DNA of 64,000 nucleotides from the NCBI GenBank assembly GCA_963664705.1, contig OY761556.1, forward strand, positions 5,344,001-5,408,000, given 5' to 3'. The notes below the pieces were generated by a model, which saw only the letters and a program-made list of their open reading frames with translations, searched no databases and was not told where the DNA came from. A program made the translations under genes and the position numbers. Each line of letters begins with the position of its first letter. The stretch's first letter is position 1. This document shows positions 9,557 through 18,430 of this stretch, piece after piece. Source of the DNA: Acidobacteriota bacterium (lineage in GTDB: Bacteria > Acidobacteriota > UBA6911).

Positions 9557-11193
9557 CAACGCCCGTGTACACATCAGTCCCTGAGCATGTCCGCGCAAAT
9601 CTCCGTTTTATGCTGCCGCGGGTCAAGGATCGAAAGCTGAAGGGAATGATCTGTCCTGCCGGGGGATTTACGGAAACACTTCTTGGAGAAGACTTGTTTG
9701 GTGCGGTTGAGATTGTAGGGCTTCTCGATAACGATCCGTCGAAGCACGAAACAATGGTTTCCGGTATACCCGTGAGAGCCATTTCTTCGATCGAAACAGA
9801 TCGACCGGATTTCATCATCGTTGCCTCCATGTCTTACAGCAGGGAGATACTGGCGCAGCTTGCGCCCTTCAGCCGTCGACATCGAATCAGGCTGCTGGAC
9901 ATTTGCCGTGGTGAAGCACCGACTTCTTTTACCTATCTAAACACGACTTTGGCACCTATTCCTGACGAGGTATTACTTAACGCAAGGAAATATTTCCCGC
10001 GGCTTGTGTCAGGAAGGAAAAGAGTAGTTCTTTATGCCACCGATTCACTGGCTCTCAATCTATCGATGCGCGGGATGTTGGTCGACTTGCAGATCGTCGG
10101 GCTTATCGATGGTGATCATCAGTATGCCGGAGGAGAGTGCCAGGGTCTCCGTATTATCAGCAGGGACCAGGCGAAAAACATCAATGCCGATACCATCGTT
10201 ATGATTGACCCGCTGCGACGGAGCGAAAGCGTGAAAAATGTCTGTGCGATCGCAACGTCCCAGGGGCTGGAGATCATAGATCTATGCGAGGGAATGACCA
10301 TAGACAAGGCAAGATCGCAATTCGCTGATGCCATTGGCGGAAAAATCCTATCCGACCAGATGAATAACCGCTCATCGAGCAAAGTGGAAATTCGAGTCCC
10401 AAATGGCGGTCTGTGCGATTCCCTTTGTGCTATTTCAGCGGCTCGGGAATTTGCTCGACGCAATCCGAATCATGAGGTTCGATTCCAACAATATCCTGAG
10501 ATTCTGGAGGCCTATGGCGATGGGCTGGTAATGCCTGGACGGGGCGGATATGTTATTCCCGATCAGGCGGGCCACTTTATTTCAGATCGATGGAGTTCAA
10601 CCGCGGGCAACTACCAGGGATGTTACTATCTGGGGCTCGGAATGAATTTTGACATGCTTCCGCATCCGGAGCTTCCCCACGCTTCTCCTATCGAGGGTCT
10701 ACTGCCGCGATCGTATATCGTGCTGCAAACCGGAGTTGAGGCAACCGCGCCAAATCCTTCGATAGGGCTAATCGAGGCTATCGTTAGAAACGCACCGTAT
10801 CGCGTTTTGTGTATAGGCGATGGAAAGAAGGGACGGGCAATCAACGGTGTTGATTATTTTAGCCCCGCATCCGTTTTGGAAATGCTGACGCTGATCGAGA
10901 ATGCCGCTGCTGTTTTGACATCGCGAGCCGGCATCAGTCATGTTGCAGCCGCTTATTGCGTTCCTTCAGTTATCTGGACCCCTGGCGATGCTTATGATTG
11001 GCATCTGAACTATTCCGACTGGAATCATCGACGCATCTGTTTAGGGGATGAGGGATCCATGCTGCAATTCGAGAAATCGATAGAGATGCTTGTCAATGCC
11101 AGGCAATTGCCGATCGCTTCTCAAAATTGGTTGCCGGGCAACGCCGGAATGATGCCGCCGCTGCAATCTACCGGTGCTTTCCCCGTTCGATAG
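9553..11193 (+). CDS. GT9-like glycosyltransferase with two N-terminal Rossmann-like modules (paralog of 8237..9556)
   Basis: GGLCDSLCAISAAREFARRNP, YIVLQTG, EMLTLIENAAAVLTSRAGISHVAAAYCVPSV. ATGA overlap with the upstream gene. Confidence 0.7.
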   Translation: MTTPVYTSVPEHVRANLRFMLPRVKDRKLKGMICPAGGFTETLLGEDLFGAVEIVGLLDNDPSKHETMVSGIPVRAISSIETDRPDFIIVASMSYSREILAQLAPFSRRHRIRLLDICRGEAPTSFTYLNTTLAPIPDEVLLNARKYFPRLVSGRKRVVLYATDSLALNLSMRGMLVDLQIVGLIDGDHQYAGGECQGLRIISRDQAKNINADTIVMIDPLRRSESVKNVCAIATSQGLEIIDLCEGMTIDKARSQFADAIGGKILSDQMNNRSSSKVEIRVPNGGLCDSLCAISAAREFARRNPNHEVRFQQYPEILEAYGDGLVMPGRGGYVIPDQAGHFISDRWSSTAGNYQGCYYLGLGMNFDMLPHPELPHASPIEGLLPRSYIVLQTGVEATAPNPSIGLIEAIVRNAPYRVLCIGDGKKGRAINGVDYFSPASVLEMLTLIENAAAVLTSRAGISHVAAAYCVPSVIWTPGDAYDWHLNYSDWNHRRICLGDEGSMLQFEKSIEMLVNARQLPIASQNWLPGNAGMMPPLQSTGAFPVR

Positions 11194-11202
11194 GAGAATA
11201 GG

Positions 11203-12402
11203 ATGAATGCTGCCATGATAACGCCAATTCCAGACCACATTCGTGCCAAAGTGCGGTTGCTTTTGCCGGGAATCCGGCAATCCAAGCAAAAAGGGATGCT
11301 ATGTCCCGCTGGAGGACTGGCTGCCTCGCTGCTGAAAGAGATGCTTGTGCCTGGAGAGGAAATTATCGCACTGCTTGACAATAATGAAACAAAGCATGGC
11401 ACGTTGATTGGAGGAGTGCCGGTTATTCCGCTATCTGGGATGGAAAAGACTCGGCCGAGTTTTGTTATGGTTGCAACGATCAGCTTTCGTGATGAGATCA
11501 TTGCTCAGCTGCGGCCGTTGGCAGATCGATTCGGTTTCCAGATTTTAGACTTGTGCGACTTGCCGGCCGCGCCTGACGCCCTACTCCATCATCAGCTCAG
11601 CCGACTGGACAAGATGTATACGATTCAATGCAGAGAGCATATTGATCGGATTCTGTCGAATCCGGAGTATGACAATCCTTTGCGACTGGAGAAATTCGGT
11701 TACAGCTGTTATTCGCAGCATGACGAGGATGGGATAATCCAGGAAATTATCCGGCGAACAGAAGGCGGGCCAAAAACTTTTGTTGAATTTGGTGCCGGCG
11801 ATGGAATGGAAAACAATACACTTCTTTTGTTGAAGCAGGGCTGGAGCGGGTTGTGGATCGACGCTGGTGCTGAAAATGCTTTTTCGATACGAAATCGCTT
11901 TGAGGGTTCCATTCAAAGCGGAACGCTTACCTTTCTCGAGAAGATGATAACCCGGGAAAATATTAACGAGCTTATCGGTTCCCGATATCAAGGAGAAATC
12001 GGGTTCCTGAGTGTCGATGTTGACGGCAACGATTACTATATATGGGAAAGTATTAGCGTCATTTCACCTCGAATTGTTGCTATTGAATATAATGCGAAAT
12101 TCCCACCGCCAATAAAATGGAGCATAACCTACGACCCTGAGCATGTTTGGGATGGTAGCGACTATATGGGGGCAAGCCTGGCAGCTATAGCCGATCTTGG
12201 ATGCAGGAAGAACTACCAGCTGGTGGGATGCAATATCAACGGAACGAATGCATTTTTTGTACGGAAAGATCTCGTCAAAGGGCGCTTTATCGAGAGCGCA
12301 GATCCAGCAACCTATTACCATCCGCCGCGATATTACCTGATGGAGGGATTCCGGCAATCGTGTGGGCATCGCCCTGATCCGCGAACCGGCTGTTTCTTTT
12401 AA
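11203..12402 (+). CDS. FkbM-like class I SAM methyltransferase with N-terminal Rossmann-like module
   Basis: YSQHDEDGII, FVEFGAGDGMENNT, GWSGLWID, FLSVDVDGNDYYIW, IEYNAKF, GASLAA, GTNAFFVR. Confidence 0.8.
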   Translation: MNAAMITPIPDHIRAKVRLLLPGIRQSKQKGMLCPAGGLAASLLKEMLVPGEEIIALLDNNETKHGTLIGGVPVIPLSGMEKTRPSFVMVATISFRDEIIAQLRPLADRFGFQILDLCDLPAAPDALLHHQLSRLDKMYTIQCREHIDRILSNPEYDNPLRLEKFGYSCYSQHDEDGIIQEIIRRTEGGPKTFVEFGAGDGMENNTLLLLKQGWSGLWIDAGAENAFSIRNRFEGSIQSGTLTFLEKMITRENINELIGSRYQGEIGFLSVDVDGNDYYIWESISVISPRIVAIEYNAKFPPPIKWSITYDPEHVWDGSDYMGASLAAIADLGCRKNYQLVGCNINGTNAFFVRKDLVKGRFIESADPATYYHPPRYYLMEGFRQSCGHRPDPRTGCFF

Positions 12403-12426
12403 GCGATAAGCGAAAGGACAAGAGAG

Positions 12427-13626
12427 ATGAGTAACATGGCTCCACCGGGCTTGTTCCAAGTTGAGCTCACAAATTACTGCAACCTTAATTGCGCAATGTG
12501 CGCTCGTTCGTCGGGTATGAAGCGGCCGCTTGGGCATATGGACATTAATCTCTTTCGCGAGATTGTGGATCAGTCGGTATCGCAGAACATGCCAATTCAC
12601 TGGTTTCATCATTTTGGTGAGCCGCTGATGTATAAGCACTTCCGGGAAGCGATGACATACTTTCGTCAGAAGGGGCTGGGGCGTGGCAGCATCAGCACGA
12701 ATGCTGTTTTATTGAACGATGACAAAATTGACATCCTTCTCGAAAACTGCAGCTACGTCCTGTGCTGCGTCGATAGTTCTCTCCCGGACGCCTATGCTCA
12801 GATTAGAGGCAACACGCATCATGATCGGGTTTGTGACAACGTTGCCAGGTTCATTGCCGAGCGAAACAAAAGGAATGCCGACTGCGAGATCGTGATCCAG
12901 TTTTTGCGCACAAAGCATAACCAGGAAGAGGATGTTACTGGTCTCGTTAATTTGTTTGGAATTCATCCTAAGGTTCGATATATCGAAAAGCGCCTTGATA
13001 AGCATCCAAATGGAGCGGACCTCCGTATGTTCTCCAATCCGGCGGACTATTCTGCCAAGCTGCAATGCCATATGTCTCGGGACCAGCTATGCATCCTGTG
13101 GAATGGTGATTGTGTCCCTTGCTGCTGGGATTCGGATGGAGAGCAATCCATAGGAAACATTTCACAAGAAGCGCTCTGCCAGATTTGGCAAGGTACTAAG
13201 CATCGTGCCTTTCAGAAAAGGCTCGCAGAAGCCAGATTTGATGAGTTGCCGGTATGCAAGAATTGTCCGGGGCCGGTGACCGATTATGATTTTGCCTATA
13301 CCGAGACAATCAATTCGTGGGTCGATACCTGGAAAAGGGCAGGTTCAAAGGTGGTCATTGCCCCAGGAAGCCCGCGAATGGCCAGCCTGCTAAAAACGAC
13401 GCGGCTAAGGGAATCGAATATTGTTGCCTTTTGTGATGCCAATCCGAGGCTGCATGGCACATCGATGGAGGGAATTCCTGTAAAACCATACGATGCCATC
13501 GAGGCATTGCATCCAGACGTAATTTTTATTTATTCAGCGCTGCACGGGGCTGCGATTTACGATTCGTTAAAACGCTATCAGAACATGGGGATCGGAATAT
13601 CGCAATTGGCAGGGCCGCTGGACTGA
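12427..13626 (+). CDS. Radical SAM enzyme with SPASM/twitch domain and C-terminal Rossmann-like module
   Basis: ELTNYCNLNCAMC (CxxxCxxC), GEPL, STNA; CHM..ILWNGDCVPCCWD..GNI..IW..CKNC; tail IVAFCDANPRLHGTSMEGIPV..PDVIFI. Confidence 0.88.
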   Translation: MSNMAPPGLFQVELTNYCNLNCAMCARSSGMKRPLGHMDINLFREIVDQSVSQNMPIHWFHHFGEPLMYKHFREAMTYFRQKGLGRGSISTNAVLLNDDKIDILLENCSYVLCCVDSSLPDAYAQIRGNTHHDRVCDNVARFIAERNKRNADCEIVIQFLRTKHNQEEDVTGLVNLFGIHPKVRYIEKRLDKHPNGADLRMFSNPADYSAKLQCHMSRDQLCILWNGDCVPCCWDSDGEQSIGNISQEALCQIWQGTKHRAFQKRLAEARFDELPVCKNCPGPVTDYDFAYTETINSWVDTWKRAGSKVVIAPGSPRMASLLKTTRLRESNIVAFCDANPRLHGTSMEGIPVKPYDAIEALHPDVIFIYSALHGAAIYDSLKRYQNMGIGISQLAGPLD

Positions 13627-13656
13627 TATAGGAATCAATCAACGGATGAAAAACTA

Positions 13657-15594
13657 ATGACTCGACGGAATACGCCAAAGAAATTTCGGGACAAGCTCAA
13701 TTATGCGGCATTGCTCGGCAATATATTGTCGGGGGCTGCGCTTCCCTATGCCTTATATGGTGGCGGTGCCTGCGCCTCGGAGATATTGAATTTTTTCGAG
13801 GAAAATGGTCTTCCTTTGCCGAGAGTCATTTTTGATCGAAATCCTGCAGCGAAGGAGCTTCATGGCATTGCGCTGATGAAGCCGCTCAAAGAAAACTTGA
13901 ATGGAATTTCCACGATCATGCTCGCCACAGAAGTCTGGCAAGACTCGATGAAGAGGGATATTGCCGCCGTGTTTGGGCAGGATATCAGGGTCCTGGATAT
14001 CCTGTCGGTAAACCGTGAAGCGCGCAAATTGATCTCAAAAAAGCCGGCGGCTCTGACCGGTCAACTTTCTCGAGAATCGTTGAATATTGCAGTCCGATGT
14101 GATGGCGGAATGGGCGATGTTATCAATGTCAATGCGTGGTTGAAGCAATTCAGAAAGCTATTCATTTGCCCGATACGGATTGACGTGTTTTGCAGATCCA
14201 AAGCGGAAGGTCGGGCCATCTTTGAAAACTGTGGATTTGTCCATAGGGTATTTGCAGAACGAAGCTACATGAAACGGCAGGAGAACTACGATCTTGCCAT
14301 TATCGCTACCTGGTCAGTTCTGGTAGGCCACTTTAATGAAAAGAGAGCCGCACAATTTGATCGACGAATTGTCGATTTCGTCGCGAAACTCAAAGAGTTT
14401 TGGAATGAAAACGACCGATATCTCCGTTTTGAAAACCTGCATATGTTGATGCGGCTTTGCGTATATAGGGGCATAGACCGTTGGAAGTTGCTCGGAGGTG
14501 CCGGTATCTTCCCATTTGACAAGAACTCGAGGCCATTTCTCCCGATTTCCGACTCGGCGCTGGCGTGCGTCAAGCAATATGGATTAGACAAGCGTCCTTA
14601 TATTGTGATTGGATCGGGTTGCAACGCTACCTTTAATTTTAAAAAGGCTCCCGTGCGGTCATGGCCTGCTGATAAATGGGATCAACTTGTCAGGCTGGTT
14701 AAGGCTAAATACCCTTCCCTTGCTATTGTTCAAATTGGTTCCGGGCAGACTGTCAAGCATATACAGGGCGTCGATATTGATATCGCAGGAAAGACTTCTC
14801 TTGAGGAAATGAAGGTCGTTTTAAAAAATGCGGCCTTTCTTATCGATTATGATACCGGGTCGATTCACTTCAATTATGCTATGGGACGAAGAAGTGCCGT
14901 TTTATTCGGCTCATCGTTCATCGAGTTTATAGGGTACGACCAAAACATCAATATCAGTGCCAAAGTATGTCCGGAGTGCATCTGGCTTCTTTCGGATTAT
15001 CCTGAGCACTGTGCTCTGGAGCAAGACCCACCAAAATGCATGGACTCCATAAGCCCGGAGATGGTTATGGGCCAAATTGCGCCTGTTATCCTCTCATTGT
15101 CAAAGAATTGCCTGCATGAAAGGGAGACCAGTACAGGAAGCTATAGGGATTTGGAAAAGCGCCTGGCGGTTGTTTTGGGTGCAGGTGGTAAATCGGTAAA
15201 ACGGCTCGCAATCTTTGGGAACAACTTCATCGGCATTATCCCGAATGCAATTCAGAATGGTTTCTCAACGACGTTTTTCACTGTCAGGCCGGAAGAGGCG
15301 CTCAAGAAGTTTGGAGTTTTCCAGCAGGAGGGAGTGTCGATTGAGTTTGGCTCGCCCGTTAATATGCCAGTGGAATCGGGTAGTTTTGATGCGATACTGT
15401 TCCAGGCGCACCAATCGTGGGATGCCGCAAAGATTTCAGCTGTTAAATGCGAAGCAGCGAGGGTGTTGAAGCCGGAAGGCATACTTATTTTACTGGAAAA
15501 CGCCCAGAGAAAGACTGCATCAATTACTATCTTCCAAAACAGGGAAGAGGCTTTGTTGCATGCATCCGCGATCGATACCGGAGAAGCCGCATGA
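13657..15594 (+). CDS. GT9-like glycosyltransferase with N-terminal Rossmann-like module and C-terminal methyltransferase-like domain
   Basis: ALYGGGAC..FDRNP..HGIAL; GGMGDVI; RSWPADKW, IVQIG, GKTSLEE, IDYDTGSIH, VLFG, CPEC..C..CM; tail MPVESGSFDAI..EAARVLKPEG. Confidence 0.8.
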   Translation: MTRRNTPKKFRDKLNYAALLGNILSGAALPYALYGGGACASEILNFFEENGLPLPRVIFDRNPAAKELHGIALMKPLKENLNGISTIMLATEVWQDSMKRDIAAVFGQDIRVLDILSVNREARKLISKKPAALTGQLSRESLNIAVRCDGGMGDVINVNAWLKQFRKLFICPIRIDVFCRSKAEGRAIFENCGFVHRVFAERSYMKRQENYDLAIIATWSVLVGHFNEKRAAQFDRRIVDFVAKLKEFWNENDRYLRFENLHMLMRLCVYRGIDRWKLLGGAGIFPFDKNSRPFLPISDSALACVKQYGLDKRPYIVIGSGCNATFNFKKAPVRSWPADKWDQLVRLVKAKYPSLAIVQIGSGQTVKHIQGVDIDIAGKTSLEEMKVVLKNAAFLIDYDTGSIHFNYAMGRRSAVLFGSSFIEFIGYDQNINISAKVCPECIWLLSDYPEHCALEQDPPKCMDSISPEMVMGQIAPVILSLSKNCLHERETSTGSYRDLEKRLAVVLGAGGKSVKRLAIFGNNFIGIIPNAIQNGFSTTFFTVRPEEALKKFGVFQQEGVSIEFGSPVNMPVESGSFDAILFQAHQSWDAAKISAVKCEAARVLKPEGILILLENAQRKTASITIFQNREEALLHASAIDTGEAA

Positions 15595-15623
15595 GCCTTA
15601 TCGATTGTGCCGCATAGGCGAAT

Positions 15624-16928
15624 ATGTCGGATAAGCTTTTACTTCTCAACCTTGCTCCCTGGCCAACCTTGCTATCGCTTGTCAGGCAGGAACCCCAAAA
15701 GTGGGTCGTTTGGGGCAAGCTTCCGCGGAATGTTCATGCAGGCTTTTCGGAATTGGGTGTAGAAGTAGTCGATGAAACCCTGCCCAAGCCCTTTCATGGT
15801 TCGGAACTGCCGGCCTGGATTCGAAAATTTGGGAAGGGAATTGTCGTGCCGTCGCTCGGGCAACCGCTGCCAACGAGATGGCCGATAATACGGCATATCG
15901 CGTCAATGAGTATGCCGGTATTTGCGGCCGGACACGGACGCATCGCTCTCATTCAAGATATTCCTCCAACGGATGCTTTCACCTGGTCGCTTGAGGCAGG
16001 GGCTGAAACAGCCATTACCCAATCCGCGCCACACACCGACTATTCATGTGTGCGCGCTGATCTGCTTGGTGATCTCCTGCTTACGATTCCGGCTATCCGC
16101 GCAATAAGCCGCCTGGGTTCCACTCGTCTCATCATTCGTCAGGAATGGATGCCTTGGATGCATGAATTATTGCCGCATTGCGACATTTCCGGCCTGCAGC
16201 TTGTGCCCTGGAGCAATCCGTGCTGGGAGCCAGCAAAAACTGTGGTTGATCTCAGCCCGCCGGATTGGGCGTCTCCGCTTACGCCGGCAATTGCAAGGGC
16301 AATCCCCGCAAGAGAGCATATAAGGACTGTGCCGGGCAGGGGGCTTAGCGAAATGGTAGCTCTCTCCATCGGCCTCCAGGTCGTGTGGCCGGAACAGGGT
16401 TGTCGGAAAAGTGGTTATGGAGTTTTTATTCCCAGTGGTTCGAGCCTGGAACGGATGCTCCCGGCGGCCTACTGGAGGCATGCGCTGCGACATCTTTCAG
16501 AAGTCCTGAATATTGAATCGTGGATTGGCATTGATCCTGATAAGCAAATAGCGCATGAAAAATGGCCTGAAATTCCAGAGGTTAGATGGGTGAAGGGCTA
16601 TCGCGAGCCGTCTTTTCTTATAGGGCTGATAGCGGAGGCGGGCATTGTGGCGGGTGTTTCAACGGCGCTGACGCATCTTGCCGCGCTTTGCGGCACGGCA
16701 GCGCTGGTTGTGGAGCATCCCACAACTGTCCCGGGAATGTATCGTGCTCCCGTGCCTTATATCGAATATGTGCGGCCTGCAACTCCGTGGTGGCGTGATG
16801 AACCAAGCGAAGAAGACTTTGAGCGTGCAATCAGGGAACAACCGGATACCTATGGATTTGTGGGCGATGAATGGTATAGGACCGTTGATCAGAGGATTTC
16901 GAATTTAGTTTCTCGCGCAAAGGAATAG
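15624..16928 (+). CDS. GT9-like glycosyltransferase
   Basis: VRADLLGDLLLTIPAIRAI, PSGSSLERMLP, LIAEAGIVAGVSTALTHLAALCGT. Confidence 0.75.
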   Translation: MSDKLLLLNLAPWPTLLSLVRQEPQKWVVWGKLPRNVHAGFSELGVEVVDETLPKPFHGSELPAWIRKFGKGIVVPSLGQPLPTRWPIIRHIASMSMPVFAAGHGRIALIQDIPPTDAFTWSLEAGAETAITQSAPHTDYSCVRADLLGDLLLTIPAIRAISRLGSTRLIIRQEWMPWMHELLPHCDISGLQLVPWSNPCWEPAKTVVDLSPPDWASPLTPAIARAIPAREHIRTVPGRGLSEMVALSIGLQVVWPEQGCRKSGYGVFIPSGSSLERMLPAAYWRHALRHLSEVLNIESWIGIDPDKQIAHEKWPEIPEVRWVKGYREPSFLIGLIAEAGIVAGVSTALTHLAALCGTAALVVEHPTTVPGMYRAPVPYIEYVRPATPWWRDEPSEEDFERAIREQPDTYGFVGDEWYRTVDQRISNLVSRAKE

Positions 16929-16936
16929 AAGGAAAA

Positions 16937-18346
16937 ATGACCGTTGCCAAAGGATTCCTGCCTACTGCATACCTGCCGCGGGCACACTCGGCATTGGCTC
17001 GTGCGTGGCGCTCTAATCCTGGGAGAAAGAAGTATGACGCGATTTTCCTCGCGAGCGAACAAATTCCCATGGCGAAGGCAATGGGATGGGAGGAATTCGG
17101 CAGCTTTCAACCGATACCGGGAGGGTGGGCCAACGAGAACACGCTGACCGGCTTTAGGGAACCATGCGACGTCTCCGTCCTATTGCCTGGAGATCCGTCT
17201 TTGTATGCTAATTGCCTGCGTGCCGCCCAGGTCAAGGGGACCGCGGACTGGCTGACCTGGCAGGAAAGCGGGTTGTCAGCAAGACCCTTGAAAGAAGGGC
17301 TTCTGGTAGCCGAGATCAGGCCTTCGGGAGAGCCGGATTACAGCACGCATTTACCTTTTAAAGATTTCTGGGAGGAAGTGGATAGGGATAATCGATTCAC
17401 CTGGATATTGCGGCTCGACGCTATCGGCGATGTACTGTTGACGCTCAGTTATCTATACCCTTTCAAACGACGATACCCCAGGCGTCGCATCGGGCTTGTA
17501 GTTCGCAAGGAATATGTGTCATGGCTGCGCAGGTTGAACTGGATCGATCAAATCTGCGGTGTTGATATCACGTATTGGGATTCCATGATGGCGTCGATGC
17601 CGCAAGGCGATCGAGACGCTTCGGCATGGATGAACTTAATGCCGGGCATGCTTCGGGTTGCGGGAAACAGAATCCTTTCTCAGCGTGAAGGTCTTGCCGC
17701 CAGCGCATATCCTGATGACTGCACACGTTGCCAATTCTCTCCCGGACGCAGTGTCCTGGAGATGCGTGATTTGTTGAGCCTGGTTTTTGATGAATTGAAA
17801 CCCGAGATACCCATTCCGTACCCTCAACCCGGGACTGACAATTCAATCTGGTTTTCTCCATTTCCGGGTGCGGACGAACGTTTATGGCCTCCGGATGCGT
17901 GGGCTAAAGCGCTGTCTCCTTTGGCCGGAAAGCGCATTCTCCTGCAACCGCCATCCGGCTTGCTGTACCAGCGATGGCACTCGGAATTTTTGAAATATGC
18001 CGCCCGGGAGGGGTTGAGAATTGAGGCTGCCGGGCGATCGGAATCAATATTTGAATTGATCCAGATGATGGCAAGTTCAAAAGCATGGATTGGAATAAAT
18101 TCGGCGCCCATGCATGTCGCCGGCTTGATTGGCTTACCAGCGCTGGCCATTGGTTTGCCTTGGGAGGTCAATGCCCGCTGGAACCATCCTTCGTTGCGGA
18201 TTGTTTCTGCAGAAAATACCGCAAGGCAAATTTTGATTCAGCATCTACAACAGGGTTGGGAGAGCTATTGCAGAGTGTACAGCGCTCTGACGAATGGGCT
18301 GACGGGCTGTACTTGCGTCCTGAGGAGTTTGCGTCTTCACTGCTGA
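16937..18346 (+). CDS. GT9-like glycosyltransferase (C-terminus possibly frameshifted; alternative end 18372)
   Basis: LRLDAIGDVLLTL, PFPGADERLWP, IGINSAPMHVAGLIGLPALAI. Confidence 0.75.
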   Translation: MTVAKGFLPTAYLPRAHSALARAWRSNPGRKKYDAIFLASEQIPMAKAMGWEEFGSFQPIPGGWANENTLTGFREPCDVSVLLPGDPSLYANCLRAAQVKGTADWLTWQESGLSARPLKEGLLVAEIRPSGEPDYSTHLPFKDFWEEVDRDNRFTWILRLDAIGDVLLTLSYLYPFKRRYPRRRIGLVVRKEYVSWLRRLNWIDQICGVDITYWDSMMASMPQGDRDASAWMNLMPGMLRVAGNRILSQREGLAASAYPDDCTRCQFSPGRSVLEMRDLLSLVFDELKPEIPIPYPQPGTDNSIWFSPFPGADERLWPPDAWAKALSPLAGKRILLQPPSGLLYQRWHSEFLKYAAREGLRIEAAGRSESIFELIQMMASSKAWIGINSAPMHVAGLIGLPALAIGLPWEVNARWNHPSLRIVSAENTARQILIQHLQQGWESYCRVYSALTNGLTGCTCVLRSLRLHC

Positions 18347-18430
18347 CCCATCCGCTATGGCAGTTGCTGTGATTTCCCGAGGGAAGTGCCGCTTGATCGA
18401 TTGGCCTGCTATTCGCGGCGGCAACAGGAA

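Noticed and set aside
12427-13626. RiPP cluster built around the rSAM/SPASM gene
   Set aside because: No RRE/PqqD domain, peptidase, exporter or convincing precursor; the context is glycosyltransferases.
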